A DNA stretch of 64,000 bases, taken from NCBI GenBank assembly GCA_963778115.1, contig CAVZSV010000004.1, positions 576,001 through 640,000 on the forward strand, given 5' to 3'. Positions 49,466 through 58,282 of this stretch are shown here, piece after piece (within the stretch, counting starts at the first letter, position 1; every line of letters begins with the position of its first letter). The stretch comes from an uncultured delta proteobacterium (GTDB lineage: Bacteria > Bdellovibrionota > FAC87 > UBA2466). The notes beneath the pieces are model-generated. The model worked only from the letters and a program-made list of their open reading frames with translations. It did not search any database and was not told the origin of the DNA. Both the position numbers and the translations under genes were made by a program.

Positions 49466-50128
49466 ATGCGAGCTGTGCTGTGTGGATTAGCTATACAATT
49501 TCTTCTGATTACCTGCCCTTGCGCCTTGGCGGAACATGACGTCACTGCAAACGATGGTCGAGCCGGCAGCTATGCCGCGCCCTCTGCCGGGTGCGCGTAC
49601 GGCCCTGGCCCATGCTCAGTGCGAGACGCCGGAACCTGTTTCGTTCCCATGGGGGCCTCTCCGGCTTTCGTTTACACCGCCCCTCCAAGTGTTCCAGGGG
49701 CAAATGCCAAGGCCGCTACTCCCCCTCCATCAGCGTCAAAGTCTGACCAATCGGCTGAACTCTCCCCCGAGGAATCAAGAACAGAGCCCGCCTCGGTGAG
49801 GTCAAAAGATGGCGCTTCCCAGCCTCCGTCCCCGTCTGGGTCTTCCGCGGGCGCAGCCCCAAATAGTCGTGCTGCCCGCACCGAGCCTTCCGATTCTTCG
49901 AATTTAGAGCGGGGTAAAACAGAAGCTAAAACCAACCTGGAAGATAAAATGGCCGCTCTCGTTTCCAGTCGCTGCACCGGCTGTCACGAGAAAAAAAACT
50001 CTGACGACATCGCTAATCTCTTCACCGGCAAAACCGCCATGCCCGATGACATGAACAGCGTCCTGACCTCCCTCAGCAGCTCCGACCGAGCCCTCCTAAG
50101 GGAGTGGGCCCTAGCCCACTCCCATTAG
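49466..50128 (+). CDS. Secreted protein with Ser/Pro linker and C-terminal monoheme cytochrome c-like domain
   Basis: GGAGG RBS, signal peptide, CTGCH, downstream MP. Confidence 0.7.
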   Translation: MRAVLCGLAIQFLLITCPCALAEHDVTANDGRAGSYAAPSAGCAYGPGPCSVRDAGTCFVPMGASPAFVYTAPPSVPGANAKAATPPPSASKSDQSAELSPEESRTEPASVRSKDGASQPPSPSGSSAGAAPNSRAARTEPSDSSNLERGKTEAKTNLEDKMAALVSSRCTGCHEKKNSDDIANLFTGKTAMPDDMNSVLTSLSSSDRALLREWALAHSH

Positions 50129-50139
50129 CGTTCTTACTC

Positions 50140-51591
50140 TTATTTCGCTGAAGCCGATTTCTCACCGCCCGTATTTGCCGGATCCGTCGCTTCAAAAATA
50201 TGCCAGGCCTTCAAATACCCCAGTGCCTGCTGCAACTGATAATCCGTCTTTATCAACTCCTTCGGGTCGTCGACACGGACCTTCTTCCCATCCTTTTCCT
50301 GAATAGGTCTCTTGTCCTTGTCTTTCGTCTTGTCGTCGTCGCCGCCCTTCGTAATTTTCGTCGGGTCATCATCATCCGCCGACTTCGTCTCCCCGTCCGG
50401 ATTCACCAAATGGCCCTCCAAATCGGCCTCTCTCAGCATATGTCCCTTGCGTGCCTTATCGAGTAGCGCCGTATCCAACCTATCCACCACAATATCCGGC
50501 GTAATCCCCAACGACTGAATCGAACGTCCGCTTGGCGTATAATACCGAGCTACTGTCAGTTTCAATCCCGATTTATTTTCAAGATCGATAACCGTCTGCA
50601 CCGAGCCCTTTCCGAACGTCTGTTTCCCCACCACTATCGCTCGCTTTAGGTCCTGCAGCGCTCCCGCCACGATTTCCGATGCACTGGCACTCGCTTCATT
50701 CACAAGCACCACCATCTTGAAATCCTTATACGGATGATCTCCACTCGAATACTCGACCTCCTTCTTGGCCTTATTCCTACCAATCGTCGACACAATCGGG
50801 CTCTTGTCCATAAACAGCCCGGCCACATTCACCGCCTCTTCCAACAGACCTCCCGGATTATTGCGCAGATCGAGAACCACCCCCTTCAACGGATGCTTAT
50901 TCTCCTTCAGCAACGACTCTATTTTCTTTCGCAAATCCCGGCTCGTATTCGCCTGGAACGCCGTCACCCGCAACCACCCATAATCCGGCTCGAGCAACCC
51001 GCCCTTAACACTGGCCACCTTAATAATGTCTCGTTTAATTTCGATGGGAATGAGTTTGTCCGCCCCCTTGCGCGCCACACTAATCGTCACCTTGCTGCCC
51101 TTCTCCCCGCGCATCAAGTTGACCGCCTCTTGAAGCGTCATCCCCTTCGTCTCTTTCTTAATCTTTTTCACCTTGTCTTCAATGACAATAATCTTATCCC
51201 CTGGCTCCACCCCGGCGTAAAACGCTGGCGTGTCTTCAATCGGCGTCACCACCGAAAGGTACCCATCGGTAATCGTTATTTCAATCCCCAGTCCCCCAAA
51301 CTTTCCACTCGTATCCACCTGCATCTCTTTAAACTGTTCCGGCGGTAGATATACCGTGTGAGGGTCGAGAACGCTTAGCATCCCCTTAATCGCTCCCTCA
51401 ATTAACTTCTTCGTGTCGACCTCTTCTACGTAGTTGGCCTGGACGAAGTGCAAAACCTTCGTAAACAAGTCCAAGTACTCATAGTTCGGTGCCGCCTCGC
51501 TACTCTTGTAGTAGCCCAGCCCCACCGTCAAAGTTGCCCCCAGAAAGAACGCCAACAAAGTAGACAGAAAAAGTTGCCCTTTTTTCTTCAT
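50140..51591 (-). CDS. ctpA: S41 carboxyl-terminal processing protease
   Basis: LDPH, FGGLGI PDZ, DLRNNPGG, SASASEIVAGALQD, TFGKGSVQ. Confidence 0.93.
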   Translation of the reverse strand: MKKKGQLFLSTLLAFFLGATLTVGLGYYKSSEAAPNYEYLDLFTKVLHFVQANYVEEVDTKKLIEGAIKGMLSVLDPHTVYLPPEQFKEMQVDTSGKFGGLGIEITITDGYLSVVTPIEDTPAFYAGVEPGDKIIVIEDKVKKIKKETKGMTLQEAVNLMRGEKGSKVTISVARKGADKLIPIEIKRDIIKVASVKGGLLEPDYGWLRVTAFQANTSRDLRKKIESLLKENKHPLKGVVLDLRNNPGGLLEEAVNVAGLFMDKSPIVSTIGRNKAKKEVEYSSGDHPYKDFKMVVLVNEASASASEIVAGALQDLKRAIVVGKQTFGKGSVQTVIDLENKSGLKLTVARYYTPSGRSIQSLGITPDIVVDRLDTALLDKARKGHMLREADLEGHLVNPDGETKSADDDDPTKITKGGDDDKTKDKDKRPIQEKDGKKVRVDDPKELIKTDYQLQQALGYLKAWHIFEATDPANTGGEKSASAK

Positions 51592-51855
51592 CGAAAACTC
51601 CTTTGATTCTCTATCGGAAGAAAGGCCGTGATCTTCAAGTAATAAGGACGCCTTTTTTGCGAACCTTCGAAATTGGGCACAATTGGCCGTTCTGGACAGA
51701 ACCTAGACACTAACTTACTCCAAAACTTAAAAAAAGATTCTCAAATTCCGATGTTTAGTAGAGGTGCCGTAAACTCCTTGCGCCCCCGTCCCCATTACTC
51801 TGGGTGTCAAAGAGTCATCTACTGCGCCGCCTCCTAACGCGGAGTATAATTAAGT

Positions 51856-53709
51856 ATGGGTTCACGGCTTAGAATAGTAAAGCGCTCCGAGAGCGGTCAG
51901 GTCGCTATCCTCTTCGCCCTCGTCTTTACCTTTCTCTTTGTCCTATTCGCGTTCGTCGTCGACTTCGGCCACCTCGTCAATGACAAGATCAACCTCCAAA
52001 TCGCCGCCGATTCCGCCGCCTACGCCGGTGCCGCCTGGCAGGCCCGTGAGCTCAACCGCATTGGTGCCGTCAACTATCGCATGCGCCAAGACCTCAAAGA
52101 GTTTGCCATGCGAGTTAACGTGACCCATCTAAGACATAACCGAAATTTCCCTCGTGGTCCCCAATACTATAATGGTGCCCCCCAAGCTCCTCAGGTAGAT
52201 CCCTTCATCTGCCAGCAAGCCGAAGGCTACCGCGCCATCTCCGGCCTTCAATACGCCGCCGACACCAACCTCTGCGCCAACGCCGATCCCTCCACCGGAG
52301 GCCTACCCCCCATCGTCGTCCCCCCCGTCATCGCAAGTTTCGACCCCTTTGCTCAAGCCATCGCCGCTCAGATTCGACAAATTCAACGCGCTGCCGATCA
52401 GGAGTGCGCCGCTGCCGCCGACGATAACCGCATCCTGGCCCAACATCTTATTAACGTTTACACCAACCGCGGAAACTTCCACGCTAACCAAATTAAGCTC
52501 CTAGCCGAATGGCTCAATCAAGTTTCACAGGAGCAAAACCCTGCATCCAGCAGCCATCCCCTAGTACAAGCCGCTTATCAATCAGCCATTAAAAACCTTT
52601 CCGTAAGTAACCAAGATGGATTTCAATTCCAAATTCTTCAACCCACCGGAAACCAGTACATCGATCTCCAAGAAAACCGCGCTCGAGCTAGTATCTTCTA
52701 CATTAACTTCCAAGCCCAGGGCGGCGGTTGCGTCGGTCGTCCCGGCTATATCGATTTTGATGCCTGGCCCGTGGGCTTTACCAAAACCCCAAGTATCGTC
52801 ACCTATTTCGCCGTCAAATTAACTTCCAAGCCACACCTGTTTTTCATGCCGGCTCGATGGGCCGACGATGCTTTCCCTACCTTAGAAGCCTACGCACAGG
52901 CCAAACCTTTCGGCAGTCGCTTAGGCCCCGAGCCCTCCACCGACGAACTGGTTCCTATTCCCAACCGTCCCGGTAATACCAGTCGCCTTATCAATTTCAG
53001 TTTCCGCCCTAACGACAATTTAGGCATCTACAATACCAAGATCATGGCCTATCTAGATGCGCTTCATCCTTACAACAGCATCGGCCGTCCCGATGGCAAT
53101 CAACAAACCGGCTGGCCTGAGCCCAATAAATCCGAAGACATTCGCCAGGCGCTGACTGCCATCCGCGCCCCCACCATTTTCGACGCCATGTTTTACACCG
53201 TATTCCCCGATCCAGGCGCCAACAAAGATACCGACTGGAATGAGCCCCAATACGCCGAAAATCTTTTTCCCGATTATTTAGAAGCTGCCGATCCGCAGCA
53301 GAATAAGATTCTTACTCTTCCCACTCCCCGCACTCCCGCGTACCTACCGACTGGCGTGGGCTCCAAAAACAACGGCTCCGGTTGGGTCCAGATCAATGCG
53401 GATGCCATCGGGGGAAACGACCCCTACGGATCGTATGCTGAAGAACAGATAGCTACCCACTCCGTAACAAGTGCCGTGGGACTTCCTCAGATGAAAGATC
53501 CCCTGGAATTTGGCTGGGCCACTCCCGATCTCATTAACAGCGGCTGGACCCCCGACGGACACCCAGGCCGTATTGGATATTCCGTGAAATTCATCGGAAT
53601 GGACGCGTTAGTCCGAACCTTGCGAGTCAGACACTTTCCCGACGGTAATCTAGGACCCATCGACAATCCCCCTTCCGGCGATCCCAACCTGACCAATATT
53701 TATCATTGA
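51856..53709 (+). CDS. Tad/TadG-like pilus-associated protein
   Basis: SESGQ prepilin-type site, hydrophobic helix, DFG...LQIAADSAAYAGA. Confidence 0.8.
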   Translation: MGSRLRIVKRSESGQVAILFALVFTFLFVLFAFVVDFGHLVNDKINLQIAADSAAYAGAAWQARELNRIGAVNYRMRQDLKEFAMRVNVTHLRHNRNFPRGPQYYNGAPQAPQVDPFICQQAEGYRAISGLQYAADTNLCANADPSTGGLPPIVVPPVIASFDPFAQAIAAQIRQIQRAADQECAAAADDNRILAQHLINVYTNRGNFHANQIKLLAEWLNQVSQEQNPASSSHPLVQAAYQSAIKNLSVSNQDGFQFQILQPTGNQYIDLQENRARASIFYINFQAQGGGCVGRPGYIDFDAWPVGFTKTPSIVTYFAVKLTSKPHLFFMPARWADDAFPTLEAYAQAKPFGSRLGPEPSTDELVPIPNRPGNTSRLINFSFRPNDNLGIYNTKIMAYLDALHPYNSIGRPDGNQQTGWPEPNKSEDIRQALTAIRAPTIFDAMFYTVFPDPGANKDTDWNEPQYAENLFPDYLEAADPQQNKILTLPTPRTPAYLPTGVGSKNNGSGWVQINADAIGGNDPYGSYAEEQIATHSVTSAVGLPQMKDPLEFGWATPDLINSGWTPDGHPGRIGYSVKFIGMDALVRTLRVRHFPDGNLGPIDNPPSGDPNLTNIYH

Positions 53710-53744
53710 TCTTAAAGTCGCTTGCCAGGTACGGTGGCCGAGCC

Positions 53745-54743
53745 ATGAAGCTCTTAGCCGTAGACACCTCTTGCGACGAATCTTGTGCCGCCATCGTCGA
53801 TACCGAACGCTGGCAGCTGTTAAGCGATATCGTCCATTCGCATGTCGATTCGATGCGTGTCTTTGGCGGAGTTGTCCCCGAAATCGCAAGCCGCGAACAC
53901 TTGAAGGGTTTGCCTCTTGCGGTTTCCGAAGCCCTCCGACAAGCCAATTTGAAACCCCAGGACTTAGACTGGCTTACCGTCACCAATCGGCCTGGCCTTA
54001 TCGGCGCTCTTTTGGTTGGCGTTTCCTTTGTGAAAGCTTTTGCCTACTCCATTCAAAAACCGTTCTCGGTCCTAAACCACATCGAAGCCCACCTTTTCTC
54101 TCCCTGGTTGTGCCGCTTCGAAGGAAACGAGCCTCCTCCCTTTCCTTGGCTTACCCTTGTCGTTAGCGGCGGCCATTCCGAGCTTTTTCTAGTCGAAAAT
54201 ACTTTGCAATATCGTTGGCTCGGCGGAACTCTAGACGATGCCGCGGGCGAAGCTTTCGACAAAGTGGGTAAACTCCTGGGGCTTCCTTATCCAGCGGGAC
54301 CGGTCATCGACCGTTGGGTTGGCTCACAAGCCACGGATGCCCAACGAAAGCAGTTTGATTTTCCACGCGCTAAAGCAAAGGATTACAGTTTCTCTTTCTC
54401 GGGACTAAAGACCGCCGTATCCTTACAGATCAAAAAGCTCTCTCCTTTGGACGAACCGACTCGCCTTGCCATTGCGGCCAGTAGCCAAGAAGCTATTTTG
54501 GATGCCTTGGTTGCTAAACTTCGAGAGAGCCAAAAGCTACTGGGAGTCCAACAAATTATGGTGACCGGAGGTGTTGCCTGTAATTCCCGTCTGCGAGCTA
54601 AACTTCCCGATGCCTATTTCCCTAGTCCAAAGCACTGCACCGATAACGCAGCGATGGTAGCGGTACTCTCCGCACTCTACGAAAAAGAAGGAAAGCTAAT
54701 TCCTTCCCAGTGGAGTGCCACGGCACAGGCCCACCTCGACTAA
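53745..54743 (+). CDS. tsaD: tRNA threonylcarbamoyltransferase TsaD
   Basis: DTSCDE, GGVVPEIASREH, HIEAH, VSGGH, DDAAGEAFDK, TDNAAM. Confidence 0.96.
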   Translation: MKLLAVDTSCDESCAAIVDTERWQLLSDIVHSHVDSMRVFGGVVPEIASREHLKGLPLAVSEALRQANLKPQDLDWLTVTNRPGLIGALLVGVSFVKAFAYSIQKPFSVLNHIEAHLFSPWLCRFEGNEPPPFPWLTLVVSGGHSELFLVENTLQYRWLGGTLDDAAGEAFDKVGKLLGLPYPAGPVIDRWVGSQATDAQRKQFDFPRAKAKDYSFSFSGLKTAVSLQIKKLSPLDEPTRLAIAASSQEAILDALVAKLRESQKLLGVQQIMVTGGVACNSRLRAKLPDAYFPSPKHCTDNAAMVAVLSALYEKEGKLIPSQWSATAQAHLD

Positions 54744-54765
54744 GCGAGTAGACCAAGGGAAAACT

Positions 54766-55662
54766 TTAATTTTCTTCCTGAACTATTTTTTCAATAGTGT
54801 GGTAGATGGGGCCAGTAATACGCGTTCCTCGGTTCACCTGGGTTAGCCCATTAGTGTGGACTCCGTAAACGACTCTTCTCTCTCCCGAATCAATCGTAAC
54901 GGCGCTTCCACTATTTCCGCCGTAAGTATCGCAGCGATAACTAATCAGCTGACTATCCAATGACCCCATGGGACACGTTGAACTCCAAAGGGTTCCCGAC
55001 GGTTTGTCTCCCGGATATCCTTCTATGGTGACCTTTTGGGTGGGAAGCGAATTATTGAACCCATACGACAGCCATCCGGTCTCTTCACCAACGGGCTTTT
55101 CTAAAATAATGACCGCAAAATCGTACTTCGTATTATGGTCTTCTACCCAGGCGCGTATCGAATAAGCCTTCTCCCACTTAATCGTCGCATAAGGAAACGT
55201 ATTCCCGTTCTGTGCCGGAGAGAATTCGAGTTGGGGCGCCCATCCGCGATCGTGAACGCAATGGCCCGCCGTTAAAACTTCTCGCGGCCCAATGAGCGTA
55301 CCCGTACAGCCATCCGAAATCCTCCCAAAGGCTCGGTGCGGCAGGTCAGTCGTATTAGTAATCTGAACGCGGGGAAAATCTCCAAATATTTTGTCGGTGA
55401 AAAAGACATCTAAAGGCCCCGTCCCTTTTCCGTCGTAAGCTTCGGAGACACCACTTTCGTCCTTTAAATACGCCGGTACTTCGTCTTCCGTGATATCCGT
55501 GGATGAAACATGTCCCGTGGCATCCACGGACATGATTCCAAATAACCTAGCCAATGCAGAGGGAGCGGGATCGTTAGTCCCGAGAGATTTTCCAAAAGCT
55601 ATCGTTCCCCAAAGAAATACCAAGGATAGAAAAAAAGATCCCAGACGAATGCCTCGAACCAT
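54766..55662 (-). CDS. Trypsin-like serine protease (V8/glutamyl endopeptidase-like)
   Basis: CTGTLIG, LTAGHC, YDFA, GYPGDK, GNSGS. Confidence 0.92.
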   Translation of the reverse strand: MVRGIRLGSFFLSLVFLWGTIAFGKSLGTNDPAPSALARLFGIMSVDATGHVSSTDITEDEVPAYLKDESGVSEAYDGKGTGPLDVFFTDKIFGDFPRVQITNTTDLPHRAFGRISDGCTGTLIGPREVLTAGHCVHDRGWAPQLEFSPAQNGNTFPYATIKWEKAYSIRAWVEDHNTKYDFAVIILEKPVGEETGWLSYGFNNSLPTQKVTIEGYPGDKPSGTLWSSTCPMGSLDSQLISYRCDTYGGNSGSAVTIDSGERRVVYGVHTNGLTQVNRGTRITGPIYHTIEKIVQEEN

Positions 55663-55831
55663 TGACTCCCCCGACTTGTAAAAACTACGGAATACTTCTT
55701 AGAAAAAAAGAAATCTGTTGTGCTTTCACGAGTAACAAGGGGGAGTGATTGGTGTCAATGCGCACCGGGTGCGAAAAACACTTCGTCTTAACAAACTAGA
55801 TCAAGAAAAAGTCTTTTTTGTTCGCGGCGTC

Positions 55832-55871
55832 AAAAATAAAAGAGGCATCTGTCATCGACAGATGCCTCTTT
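55832..55871 (-). terminator. Rho-independent terminator
   Basis: AAAGAGGCATCTGTC/GACAGATGCCTCTTT stem with minus-strand T-rich tail. Confidence 0.85.
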
Positions 55872-55889
55872 GAAAAAGAAACAAACTTC

Positions 55890-56849
55890 TTAGTATAAGT
55901 ACTGCGTTGTCGTAACGTAGCCCGTACCGTTACACGGAATTCCCGTGAGTGATTCGGCGTACAAAGTAACCGTTACGTTTTCTGCATAGGCTCCTGCCGT
56001 AACCGCTACCGTGTTTCCGACGAAAGGCGAGAAAGACTGTCCAGGTGCTGAACTTGAAGACCCTCCTGTGATCTCAAGTGTCTGAGTCGGATAAGCGACG
56101 ATGGTGAAGTACCACACATTCACGCCATATTCTTGACCGGCGAGAGTTCCCGTAAGGGTACAAGAGAGCGAGTACCCTCCGGTGCCGGTATAGACACACG
56201 TTCCGTTCTCGTAGACGTAACCGGCTGAACAAGTGCCATTCGTCGTTCCAAATTCAAGAGTAATGTAGTTAACAATACCGTTATAGGTCGCGGCAATCGT
56301 CGCCGTCTCTCCGGAGACCTGACCTGTCACATACGCCGAGTTCGTTCCCGTTTGAGAGATCGTAACCGCCGTCGTAGCCGAGTATTGAGAGAAAGTGAAA
56401 GGTTCTGCAATTCCGTTATAAAGAGCAGTAATGAGAACCGGGGTGCCGACTGGTAATCCGGAGACCACTCCCGCGTAATTGGTTCCATAGTTAGCGGTGA
56501 GTGTAATCGCCGTATTGCCTACTGGATTAGTTCCTACGGTAGTAGATCCCAGGGTACACGACGTTGTGTCGTTGTCCGAAGTATCGGTAACCGAAACCGT
56601 ACCCGTGCTAGTTGTCGACGAACCAGTAACGGTAGTGGACGAAGAGGAAATAGCTGCTTCACCGGGGAAAGTAACATCGTAAGGACCGGTACCGCCGGAG
56701 ATAATGGCCTCGACTGAGTAAATGCCCACTCCCGTCGTTGTCGACGTAAGTGAAGCCGAACACGTCAGAGACGTCGATGAGGAGCTGCTTCCACACGCCG
56801 CTAGGACAAGACTTGCTACGATTAACGCTAACCAACCGGTTCTTTTCAT
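55890..56849 (-). CDS. Thr/Ser/Gly-rich beta-strand lipoprotein
   Basis: LAAC lipobox, AGGAG RBS, Cys pairs. Confidence 0.78.
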   Translation of the reverse strand: MKRTGWLALIVASLVLAACGSSSSSTSLTCSASLTSTTTGVGIYSVEAIISGGTGPYDVTFPGEAAISSSSTTVTGSSTTSTGTVSVTDTSDNDTTSCTLGSTTVGTNPVGNTAITLTANYGTNYAGVVSGLPVGTPVLITALYNGIAEPFTFSQYSATTAVTISQTGTNSAYVTGQVSGETATIAATYNGIVNYITLEFGTTNGTCSAGYVYENGTCVYTGTGGYSLSCTLTGTLAGQEYGVNVWYFTIVAYPTQTLEITGGSSSSAPGQSFSPFVGNTVAVTAGAYAENVTVTLYAESLTGIPCNGTGYVTTTQYLY

Positions 56850-56907
56850 AACCCTCTCCTAGTATTCCCCGTTTCCTCTGAGAATACGAAACCTACTAAT
56901 ATGATTG

Positions 56908-56923
56908 TGCAATCGCCGGGCCG
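56908..56923 (-). promoter_or_regulatory. Sigma54 -24/-12 promoter
   Basis: Minus strand CGGCCC-GGCGA-TTGCA. Confidence 0.55.
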
Positions 56924-57028
56924 ATGCATCCTAGGCGTGGAGGGTGAATTAGTTGTGTGTACTTTTTTTCCAGTTCCCGCAGGCCTCAAAGGTGTAGTAT
57001 CCACAATTCAACTATTTAGAGCGTCTAA

Positions 57029-57454
57029 ATGAATCGTGACTTAGATATCGCAAAACGGCTCCTCGAAGTGATCCCAAAGAGTATGCGAGTAATTCGCAGA
57101 GAACTCCGACAGTTCGCCAAACCCTCGTTGACCGTACCGCAATTCAGAGTCCTTCATCAGATAGCATCGGGGACCCAACTGACTAGTGACTTAGCCGAAC
57201 TGCACGGCATTAGCCTGCCTGCCATGTCCACTTTGGTGGATGGCCTGGTGAAACGCGGATTCATCGTTCGACAACCAGGGATGGTAGATCGAAGACACGT
57301 TGTGCTCAGTCTCACCAAGAAGGGCGAGTCAACCTTTGCGAAAGTACGACAAGGTACCGCGGTAAGGCTCGCTACACTTATCGCTCCTTATGGATCCGAC
57401 GAGAAAGACGCCCTCATTAAAGGTCTTGCGATATTAGACACCATCTTCACATAG
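57029..57454 (+). CDS. MarR family transcriptional regulator
   Basis: LTVPQFRVL, LV.RG, DRR..LT..G. Confidence 0.92.
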   Translation: MNRDLDIAKRLLEVIPKSMRVIRRELRQFAKPSLTVPQFRVLHQIASGTQLTSDLAELHGISLPAMSTLVDGLVKRGFIVRQPGMVDRRHVVLSLTKKGESTFAKVRQGTAVRLATLIAPYGSDEKDALIKGLAILDTIFT

Positions 57455-57475
57455 TGGTCAGAGGTCGCTGAAAGA

Positions 57476-58279
57476 ATGTCCCACCCCAAGTCACATCTAA
57501 AAAGTCTTAACGCCAATGCAAGAAAAAGCCTGAGCCAAAATTTTCTGAGCTCTCCGCATTGGGCTGAAAAACTGGTCATGGAAGTTACCAAAGCCGAAGA
57601 GGTCGACGCTTATTGGGAAGTAGGACCGGGGTTGGGAGCGCTTACCGAGCGTCTAGTCTCCAAAGTAAAAGCTCCCGTTACCGTCTTTGAATTCGATCGA
57701 AAACTCTCAGCCGACCTAAGAGAGCGTTTTCCCAAAGTCACCGTCGTTGAAGGTGATTTTCTTAAAGCGGATTTAGGTCCGCTATTTCCTACTGGAAAAG
57801 TAAACTTACTCTCCAATACTCCTTACCATCTCTCCTCTCCATTGCTCTTTAAGCTATTAGATTTTCGCAATCACTGGAATCGGATCGTGCTCACGTTTCA
57901 AAAAGAGTTTGCCGATCGTTTGATAGCACTACCGCATACCACTGCCTACGGAGGCCCCTCGGTTATCTTTCAGACCGCTTTCTCGATGGCCTCCTTGGGA
58001 ATCATTCCTCCAGGAGCCTTCTATCCGCCGCCTTCGGTCTTTTCTCAAGCAGTCTTACTAAAGCCTTTGGACATTGAGAGCGCTTACTTGGATTCTTTAA
58101 GAAAAGTGGTCCGGGCGGCATTCTCCCATCGCCGCAAGAAATTAACCTCTAACTTAAATGAGGTGTTCCCCAAAGCGCTCGTCGAGAGTGCGGTTACTGA
58201 GTTGAAAATATCGCCCAATGCACGCGCCGAAGAGCTCACCAAAGAAACTTACCAGGACTTAACAAAAAGACTGATTTGA
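57476..58279 (+). CDS. rsmA: 16S rRNA dimethyltransferase RsmA/KsgA
   Basis: SQNFL, EVGPGLGALT, SNTPY, FQKE, RRK, RAEEL. Confidence 0.93.
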   Translation: MSHPKSHLKSLNANARKSLSQNFLSSPHWAEKLVMEVTKAEEVDAYWEVGPGLGALTERLVSKVKAPVTVFEFDRKLSADLRERFPKVTVVEGDFLKADLGPLFPTGKVNLLSNTPYHLSSPLLFKLLDFRNHWNRIVLTFQKEFADRLIALPHTTAYGGPSVIFQTAFSMASLGIIPPGAFYPPPSVFSQAVLLKPLDIESAYLDSLRKVVRAAFSHRRKKLTSNLNEVFPKALVESAVTELKISPNARAEELTKETYQDLTKRLI

Positions 58280-58282
58280 GAT

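Noticed and set aside
50734..51348. 204-aa antisense ORF within ctpA
   Set aside because: Shadow ORF produced by biased codon usage; no RBS or recognisable motifs
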